Origin: an uncultured virus (IMG/VR IMGVR_UViG_3300029258_004309) | Lineage: Duplodnaviria > Heunggongvirae > Uroviricota > Caudoviricetes | IMG/VR virus record: IMGVR_UViG_3300029258_004309 | DNA length: 64,000 nucleotides | Strand: one strand, 5' to 3' | Shown: positions 49,519 through 55,807 of the stretch, in pieces | How positions within the stretch are numbered: the stretch's first letter is position 1 | Layout of the letters: each line of letters begins with the position of its first letter | Translations under genes and position numbers: made by a program | Notes under the pieces: model-generated | What the model was told of the DNA's origin: nothing | The model's database searches: none | The model's input: the letters and a program-made list of their open reading frames with translations, nothing else

Positions 49519-50053
49519 GGTCAAAGTCAAGACCAAGCGCTTCATCGATTGCCCGCACTGCGGCGAGGAAGACATGTGCATCGAGCATCTGTTCGACTTC
49601 CAGTCGGGGCAAGAAGAGCGGATGGCTGGTCCGTGGCACTGCAGGCACTGCGGGCACTCGTTCTTCATCTACGTTCGCTCGGATGGTACGGCGCGGATTG
49701 AAGAGCGGGAGGAGGTCAGCTATCCCATCTTCATCCTGCTCGAGATCCCCCCGCAAGAGCAGTCCATCTTCCTGAAGGTGGCCAGCGACTCTTACGGGCG
49801 CCCAGTGGAAGACGACGACCAGCGGTACTTCTACGAGGAGCACACCTGCCCCGTGAACTACTTCCGCAGCGTGAAGGAGATCAAGGTCGGCGACGATGAC
49901 GACCCTCATGGTCTCGCGCTGTATCGGGGATGGTTCGTCGCCGAGTCGAAAGAAGACCAGCACAAGGCGCGCTGGCTCAAGGACAACGGCAACGAGAAGC
50001 AGCACGAACAACTGCCGGAGAAGACAGAAGGAGGTACAGATGAGAACCGTTGA
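49508..50053 (+). CDS. Zinc-ribbon-containing hypothetical protein
   Basis: CPHCG...CRHCG; YFYEEHTCPVN. Confidence 0.6.
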   Translation: MKSEVKVKTKRFIDCPHCGEEDMCIEHLFDFQSGQEERMAGPWHCRHCGHSFFIYVRSDGTARIEEREEVSYPIFILLEIPPQEQSIFLKVASDSYGRPVEDDDQRYFYEEHTCPVNYFRSVKEIKVGDDDDPHGLALYRGWFVAESKEDQHKARWLKDNGNEKQHEQLPEKTEGGTDENR

Positions 50054-50948
50054 ACCAAGCTACGAGATCTTGGCCATTCCCGAGGGTGAGCAGGCTCTTG
50101 CCTTGCTCGAGCGTATCGGGCGCGTGGCCTACAAGAGCGAGGACAAGATCGACAGTGGGTGGGACTGGTGCGAACGCTGTGACGGGCTCGGCTTCATTGA
50201 TGTCAAGAAGGGTGTGGACGAGATCACTGAAGACTGCCCCGAGTGTGGTGGGACGCGGGGGGCACAGGTGCGCGAGCCTTCCAGTCACAAGTTCGTCCGC
50301 ATGATCCTGAAGGCCGAGCGCAAGGCCAAGCTGGTTGAGATGCTCAAAGCGGCGTACCAGGAGACTTGGCGGGACGAAGAGGCCACTACGTTGGCTCACG
50401 ATGACCTGCGGGAGCTTCTGGCGGACAAGACCGTACGTCTCGTGCTCGAGTACATGGAGCAGAACCCGGCACACGAGAGCGTGATCGAACACTGCTCGGC
50501 TACGGTCCTGTTCACGGGCAACCGCGGCTTCACCCACGAGCTCGTTCGCCACCGGCTGGCAGCGTTCACGCAGGAGTCGACGCGCTACTGCAACTACGCC
50601 AAGGGCAAGTTCGGCAGCGACATCACGGTCTCGCCCGATCGGCGCCCCTTGCTCGCGGAGCTCGACAACGGCAAGACCGCCATCGATGCAGCCACGCACT
50701 GGAAGGCGGCAGTGGACGAGGTCAGCTTCCGGTACATCGAGATGGTCAGGGCGGGCATCCCACCGCAGGTCGCCAGGGATGTGCTGCCCCAGGTCTTGAA
50801 GGCCGACATCGTCATGACGGCCAACTTCAGGGAGTGGAGGCACATCTTCCGGATGCGGGACTCCAAGGCCGCGCACCCGGACATGCAGCAGCTCATGCGG
50901 CCGCTGCACGAGGAGTTCCGAAAGCTCGTCCCCATCATCTTCGACTGA
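50040..50948 (+). CDS. thyX: Flavin-dependent thymidylate synthase with a zinc-finger insertion
   Basis: IGRVAYKS, HESVIEH, THELVRHR...QESTRY, ARDVLP, NFREWRH, AHPDM. Confidence 0.92.
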   Translation: MRTVEPSYEILAIPEGEQALALLERIGRVAYKSEDKIDSGWDWCERCDGLGFIDVKKGVDEITEDCPECGGTRGAQVREPSSHKFVRMILKAERKAKLVEMLKAAYQETWRDEEATTLAHDDLRELLADKTVRLVLEYMEQNPAHESVIEHCSATVLFTGNRGFTHELVRHRLAAFTQESTRYCNYAKGKFGSDITVSPDRRPLLAELDNGKTAIDAATHWKAAVDEVSFRYIEMVRAGIPPQVARDVLPQVLKADIVMTANFREWRHIFRMRDSKAAHPDMQQLMRPLHEEFRKLVPIIFD

Positions 50949-50955
50949 GGTGGGG

Positions 50956-51252
50956 ATGAAGACCAAGATTCGGTACGGCCACGACAGGTACTATGTGCTC
51001 GAGGCGGACAGGAAGGCGATGTACGCTCTTCGAGTGATGATCAGCTACGAGCGGCTGATGTCCCGCATCGGCTCGGCGTACGTGTTGACGCTCGCCTTCG
51101 TCCTGATGACTGCCTTGAGGGAGATAGAACTCGGGACCATGTTCGGCCTGTTCGCCTTCAATCTAGCCACGCTTGCGATCCCGCACGTGCACTACATCAT
51201 CGACAGAAACAGGGCGAAAGAAGTCATCGAGAAGGAGGCGGAGGATGGCTGA
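50956..51252 (+). CDS. Small membrane protein
   Basis: Two hydrophobic segments. Confidence 0.5.
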   Translation: MKTKIRYGHDRYYVLEADRKAMYALRVMISYERLMSRIGSAYVLTLAFVLMTALREIELGTMFGLFAFNLATLAIPHVHYIIDRNRAKEVIEKEAEDG

Positions 51253-51405
51253 CCTGCGCTACATCTCCGAGGCAAACAGGCGCGCCGCAGCTCGAAGGCT
51301 GGCGGGACATGACGTCCCCCGAGCCGGCACGCTCCACGAGATCAGCTACTGCAGACGGTGCGGCGCCGCTTTCTACAGCGAGGAGCCGTGCCCAGGGAGG
51401 AGACA

Positions 51406-51648
51406 ATGGGAAGGATGTTCTTCATCATCTGGGACCCCAGGGACGGGGAGCCCCAGCGAGACAACGGCGTCATCACCTCGGACGGCATCATCGGCCGGGT
51501 GACCGAGGAGAACGTGTACATCAAGGCGTACGCTTCCATCAGCGAAGGCGAGAAGAGGCCCGAGGACCTCGAGGTCGGCGCGCACACCTACGCGGAGTTC
51601 TCGTTGTCCGGCTCCAAGGGCCTGTACCGCATCTACCGGGTGGCGTGA
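51406..51648 (+). CDS. Hypothetical protein
   Basis: GGAGG RBS; MGRMFFIIWD... Confidence 0.55.
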   Translation: MGRMFFIIWDPRDGEPQRDNGVITSDGIIGRVTEENVYIKAYASISEGEKRPEDLEVGAHTYAEFSLSGSKGLYRIYRVA

Positions 51649-51892
51649 TGGGCAAGGTCCACTACGCCAGCACCCGGCTGCACAACAACGCCGGCATGCA
51701 GTTCCCGCTGTGTCGGCAGAACGACCGGCTCCTCGACTTGAGTCTCCGCGTCAAGTTCGGCAGGACCACCGAGGTCACCTCAAGGGAGGGCTCAACTACG
51801 GCGGCTGCTACGACCTCGTCAACAAGATCGCCCCGATCTCCAAACCGGCGTTCGAGTCGATGATGTACGAGGCGGACCAGGAGGTACCGTGA
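51648..51892 (+). CDS. Hypothetical protein with an apparent frameshift or deletion junction near 51780
   Basis: MGKVHYAS...GRTTEVT continues as KGGLNYGGCYDLV...DQEVP* in another frame. Confidence 0.35.
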
Positions 51893-52110
51893 ATCGAGAA
51901 TACAAGCAGGGTGACCGGGTCCAGCTGCACCCCGCCACCGACTTTTGGATGAGCGGAGCCCGATACGGCGAGGTCATCCAATGCAGCCTGCGCATGAGCA
52001 AAAAGAAGCCGGACGGCACCAGGACCCACTCGTTCAAGTACAAGGTGCGCTTGGACAGCGGCCACACGGCGTGGTTCAAAGAGCAGGACATCCAGGAGAA
52101 GGTCACATGA
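51889..52110 (+). CDS. Small SH3-like hypothetical protein
   Basis: YKQGDRVQLHPATD.WM.GARYGEV. Confidence 0.55.
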   Translation: MNREYKQGDRVQLHPATDFWMSGARYGEVIQCSLRMSKKKPDGTRTHSFKYKVRLDSGHTAWFKEQDIQEKVT

Positions 52111-52523
52111 GCGGCAGCGACGAGATGGGTAGCCCCTTCAGCATGCAGGACGTGGTGCGGGACATCGTCAGGCGCGGCAGCTATGTGAAGAAGGCGCGGA
52201 TGATCGTGGAGCTCGAGTTGTCGGACGGGCGCCACGCCGTTGCTCGTACCAACGAGTACACGTGCTCCGAGCAGGAGGCTGTTCAAGCTTCCATACGAGG
52301 CCTGGGCAATTCGGCTCTATTCGTGACCGTGAAGCTCGCCATGGACGTGCTGCGGGTGCAGGCCGACCACTTCGTCGAACGCCTCGTCAAACAGGCAGAA
52401 GAAGAGGAGAAAGAAGCCGTCCGCATCAAGCAGTACTTGAACAAGCTTTCGGGCCAGGACGATGAGGAATCCAGGCTTCTTCGTTCGTGGCTACAGGATG
52501 CTCTCAAGCATCGCGGTCTTTGA
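52107..52523 (+). CDS. Hypothetical protein
   Basis: Coupled ORF MSGSDEMG... Confidence 0.55.
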   Translation: MSGSDEMGSPFSMQDVVRDIVRRGSYVKKARMIVELELSDGRHAVARTNEYTCSEQEAVQASIRGLGNSALFVTVKLAMDVLRVQADHFVERLVKQAEEEEKEAVRIKQYLNKLSGQDDEESRLLRSWLQDALKHRGL

Positions 52524-52596
52524 CTTTTCTGTTGACCGAGGTTGCCGTGGGCAGTAGAACAGAAGCCTGCCCAGGCAGCCTGGTCTTTGCATCTTC

Positions 52597-52956
52597 GGGG
52601 GTGACTTGGTTTCGACGTGGATGTCGAAGCGTCTTCTGCGTGCAGGCAGAGGCACCGGAACTGCCTTGACCAAACTGGTGCAGCGTAGTTGCCAACGACA
52701 ACAACGCACTCGCCGCCGTCGCTTGATGGTGGCCGTCGACGGGCGAGGTGTCTCGCGTAGCCCTGAGGCGTCAACCACTCGAGGCTGAGCCCTACCGGTG
52801 GTCTCCTGACGGACCTGAAGAAGGGCGAGATTCATTGGGAGATGACTGGCTGGAAAGACAGCCGAACCCCGCTGGGAGGGTAGACCAGCTACGCACGTGA
52901 ACGAGGAAGCCGTGTAGCTTTCGCGGACCGCAGTTCGATTCTGCGCACCTCCACCA
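52597..52956 (+). ncRNA. ssrA: tmRNA (transfer-messenger RNA), tag (A)ANDNNALAAVA*
   Basis: 5' GGGGGTGACTTGGTTTCGAC. 3' T-arm GCAGTTCGATTCTGC and CACCTCCACCA, giving a G3-U alanyl acceptor stem. Resume codon GCC at 52691; TGA at 52724-52726. Confidence 0.93.
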
Positions 52957-52969
52957 ATAGAAAGGGCAC

Positions 52970-53452
52970 ATGATGGAGTACAACGAGGTTGTACCGCTGT
53001 ACGCGGACAAGTTCTTCGCTCGTGTGGGCTCTCCTACTTCGACAGGGTGCCGAGAGTGGCAAGCCGGACTGGACAAGGACGGTTACGGCCACTTTCAGTT
53101 TCGGCACGAAGGCAAGAAGTACAAGGTTCGAGCTCATCGAGCGGCCTACATGTTGGCCGGCAACTGGCTGCCTCCGGGCGCCATTCTCCGACATACCTGC
53201 GACAATCCTGCGTGCGTGAACCCTGAGCACCTTCTGTGGGGTACACACGCTGACAACGTTCAAGACTGCGTGAGTCGGGGAAGGAACGCGTTTGGGGAAG
53301 GTAACGGCAGGCATGTCATGTGTGACGACGAGGTGTTGGAGCTTCGAGCTTCTGCCTCTTCTTTCATCCATGAGCAAGCGCACAAGTACGGTGTCGATGA
53401 GGCGGCCATACGCGCTGCGTTAGCCCAGCGTACTTGGACCCATGTGCCTTGA
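52970..53452 (+). CDS. HNH homing endonuclease
   Basis: CREWQA...GYGHF...RAHRAAY...LRHTCDNPACVNPEHL..GTHADN. Confidence 0.9.
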   Translation: MMEYNEVVPLYADKFFARVGSPTSTGCREWQAGLDKDGYGHFQFRHEGKKYKVRAHRAAYMLAGNWLPPGAILRHTCDNPACVNPEHLLWGTHADNVQDCVSRGRNAFGEGNGRHVMCDDEVLELRASASSFIHEQAHKYGVDEAAIRAALAQRTWTHVP

Positions 53453-53826
53453 GATCTTTGCTGCTGGGCCGATAACCCAGCGGGCAGAGTAGGTATGTTC
53501 CACCAGAGGGGCTCGCACACCCACTCGAACGGGCCAGCCGGGCCCCTTGCCGTGCGAGGCGAGGGTGGACCGGCACTTGTTCTCATCCCAGGGTGCCGAC
53601 AGGCGTAAAACTGATGATGGCTTAGGTCACCTGGTCCGACCGAAAGCCCCCAGCTGAGCAGGGACCAGCGTGCAAGACGGGAACGTGCGCAGAGCTCAGC
53701 ACACCCTTGGTCGGTTCGTTCTGACCTCGTGGTGCCCGTGACAGCCGGGATAGACCGGCACTTCTTTTGGGCTTCGGCCCTGAAGCCGGGGAACCTTCGC
53801 CAGGCCAGCGAACTGCCATTCCTCGG

Positions 53827-53899
53827 GAGCCTGATACTCGAAGGAACGAGTGCACGAGTTCTTGTCGTGTTTCTGCAGGTTCGAGTCCTGCCAGGCTCG
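53827..53899 (+). tRNA. Aberrant tRNA-like element (nominal anticodon UCU, Arg)
   Basis: Acceptor GAGCCTG/CAGGCTC; D-arm ACTCG/CGAGT; anticodon arm CACGA-GTTCTTG-TCGTG; T-arm GCAGG-TTCGAGT-CCTGC. Lacks U8, purine 37 and CCA. Confidence 0.55.
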
Positions 53900-53949
53900 C
53901 TGGGTACCTGGGTCCCCCTCCGTCGACGGAGGACAGGCCCGGGGTCGGA

Positions 53950-54058
53950 GGGATGGGCTCCTACTCAAGCCCGTGATGATGCTGCATGCGGACCTGGGTC
54001 GCTCAATGGTAGGGTACGTGGGGACACGGTATGCGGGTTCGACTCCCGTCCCATCTCA
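53950..54058 (+). ncRNA. tRNA-like RNA with acceptor and T-arm but a non-canonical core
   Basis: GGGATGGG/CCCATCTC stem stacked on GCGGG-TTCGACT-CCCGT; ~75-nt interior without a normal D/anticodon arm. Confidence 0.45.
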
Positions 54059-54082
54059 TTCAACGTGTGCAGCCTCTCTCAT

Positions 54083-54161
54083 AGCGGGATAGAGGAGTCT
54101 GGTCGTCCTCGCAGGGCTCATAACTCTGAGATCGGTGGTTCGAACCCACCTCCCGCAACCA
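54083..54161 (+). tRNA. tRNA-Met(CAU), initiator-like
   Basis: Cloverleaf; 1:72 mismatch (A/A); CAGGG-CTCATAA-CTCTG anticodon arm; GGTTCGAACC; encoded CCA. Confidence 0.88.
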
Positions 54162-54162
54162 G

Positions 54163-54354
54163 ATGAAAGCTCGAGCAGTAGAGGTGGTGATCACGGTGCT
54201 GTGCTTGGTGGCCGCCGGCGCGGTCGCCTACTTCATGCTTCGGCCTGGTCCATGTGACGGCGTGAAGTGCCCCGAGGGCACCTACCCCATGGAGCAAGGC
54301 GCCGGACTGTTCACCTCGAGGTGCTCGTGCATCGGGCATCCGAAGGATCCGTAG
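54163..54354 (+). CDS. Small membrane-anchored Cys-rich protein
   Basis: 63 aa; N-terminal TM followed by 4 Cys. Confidence 0.5.
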   Translation: MKARAVEVVITVLCLVAAGAVAYFMLRPGPCDGVKCPEGTYPMEQGAGLFTSRCSCIGHPKDP

Positions 54355-54418
54355 CTCAATTGGTGAGAGCCCCCGGCTCATAACCGGGCTGTTGGCGGTT
54401 CGAACCCGCCCGGATCTA
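54345..54418 (+). tRNA. tRNA with CAU anticodon (Ile2/lysidine-type or elongator Met)
   Basis: GGATCCG/CGGATCT acceptor; TAGCTCAATTGG D-arm; CCCGG-CTCATAA-CCGGG; GGTTCGAACC; no encoded CCA. Confidence 0.88.
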
Positions 54419-54420
54419 CT

Positions 54421-54847
54421 GAGTTCTGTCAGGAGGTAGGCCTAGAAGCAGCCATCCTTCAAAGAGTCGCCAATGGCAGCAGCCGGAGTACCAGCGATGG
54501 ACCGCCGGCCCGAGAGGCTTCGGCCTCGAAGCGTCCCACCAGACGTTTGCACCACCAGGTTAGTCCCAGGTGGGAGTCTTAGAGCTCATTGGGGAATGTG
54601 GGCGTAGAGCCATCGGGAAGCGAATGTGGGAGGTAAACCGCGTCAGCCTTTTCAAAGCCTGGTAACAGGTGGAGTTCCTGAGTCCTGACGTGGGGGAAGT
54701 ACCATCAGTAGCACGGCCGGTTTTGCCCGCACGGACGAGAGGAACTGCGGGTTTGACTTGAAGGGATCAGAATGAGCCCTGTGCCCCTTCGGGGATGACC
54801 GGTACAGCCCTAAGAGCGTTTGGCGTAGCAGCACACTGTCAGAACTC
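54421..54847 (+). ncRNA. Large structured RNA containing 23S rRNA GTPase-associated-centre and sarcin-ricin-loop-like elements
   Basis: Closing stem GAGTTCTG/CAGAACTC. H43-like CAGGAGGTAGGCCTAGAAGCAGCCATCCTTCAAAGAGT (54430-54467). H44-like GCGTAGCAGCACACTG (54823-54838). SRL-like CCCGCA-CGGACGAGAGGAAC-TGCGGG (54726-54751). Confidence 0.8.
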
Positions 54848-54952
54848 GCAACTCAGGGACGGCGGCATGGTGTCTGGGGAGACCCCAGGCCGGCCCGCTC
54901 GGGGGTTCATGAAACACCGCCGTCCTCTCTTTTTAGCCGCCAGGAGCAGAAG

Positions 54953-55321
54953 ATGCGTTTGAAAACAAAGCTGAAGAAGATCTTGAGCACCCGTCTCACC
55001 GACGTGACGACGCGCGCGGCCAAGCGACTTCCGACCCGCATGCTCGAGGGCATCGTGTGGGCCGGCTACTATGTGCCGCGCACGCTCAAGCTGCCCATCG
55101 TCGGGTCGCTGCACACCGCCGCGTTCTTCGAGTACGGAGATCGGCTCGAGTCAGAGTCCCCCCTGCCGGCTGGGCGCAAGAGCGCGTACGAGCGCAAGAC
55201 CTCGAATCAGGCTGCGGGGTGCAGGGGCGTCAAAGGCCGGACCACGGTCATCGAGATGAGCGAGCCCTTGGAGAGCTACCCGATCCCGCGACATCGCCCG
55301 GCTACGGAGATCGACGCATGA
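54953..55321 (+). CDS. Hypothetical basic protein
   Basis: AGGAG RBS; 122 aa. Confidence 0.5.
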   Translation: MRLKTKLKKILSTRLTDVTTRAAKRLPTRMLEGIVWAGYYVPRTLKLPIVGSLHTAAFFEYGDRLESESPLPAGRKSAYERKTSNQAAGCRGVKGRTTVIEMSEPLESYPIPRHRPATEIDA

Positions 55322-55776
55322 GCACAGAGAGGTCGCTACGCGACGTGCTCGAGGGCAGGGGCGAGCTGCGCAAGCCCAAGAGGGCGGGCTTCTGGGCCGA
55401 TAACCCACCGAAAGAAGATGGCAAGTCTCAGGGCCTCATGCAGTACCTGCGCATGGAGCATGAGAAGTCGATGCAGGAGTACCCGATTGCACAGCAGCAT
55501 GTAGACCCGCAGTGGGCTATCGACAGCCCGGTAGAATGGGCGGCAGTAGTGACGCACCTTCGCGCCGGCAAGGAGAAGGACTGGTACAAGGGCTCGTCGA
55601 GCTGCCGGTTGTGCGGGTGCACCGACGGATCGGCGGACATGACGGACGGTGAGTGGGTGTGGCCCCAGGGTCTCCTGCACTACATCATCGTGCACGACGT
55701 CAAGCCTCCGAACCAGGAGTTCATCGACCACTGCGTGCGGGAGCTCAAGAGGCGCTTCGCCTTCAAGGACGGTTGA
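55318..55776 (+). CDS. Hypothetical protein
   Basis: YKGSSSCRLCG...GSADMTDGEWVWPQGLLHYI..HDVKPP conserved-looking motif. Confidence 0.65.
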   Translation: MSTERSLRDVLEGRGELRKPKRAGFWADNPPKEDGKSQGLMQYLRMEHEKSMQEYPIAQQHVDPQWAIDSPVEWAAVVTHLRAGKEKDWYKGSSSCRLCGCTDGSADMTDGEWVWPQGLLHYIIVHDVKPPNQEFIDHCVRELKRRFAFKDG

Positions 55777-55807
55777 GTCGTCCGCCGCTCACCTGTACTC
55801 TACCGTC

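Noticed and set aside
53610..53650. Hammerhead ribozyme (CTGATGA...CGAAA)
   Set aside because: No clean stem II joins the two core strands, and I could not build stems I/III with a cleavage triplet
52970..53760. Group I intron carrying the HNH gene
   Set aside because: The tmRNA upstream is complete, and I could not identify P7 or other intron core motifs or an interrupted host gene
54421..54847. A genuine 23S rRNA gene or host contamination
   Set aside because: Only short, non-contiguous elements match. They are rearranged (SRL-like hairpin nested inside the GAC), closed by their own stem and flanked by phage genes.
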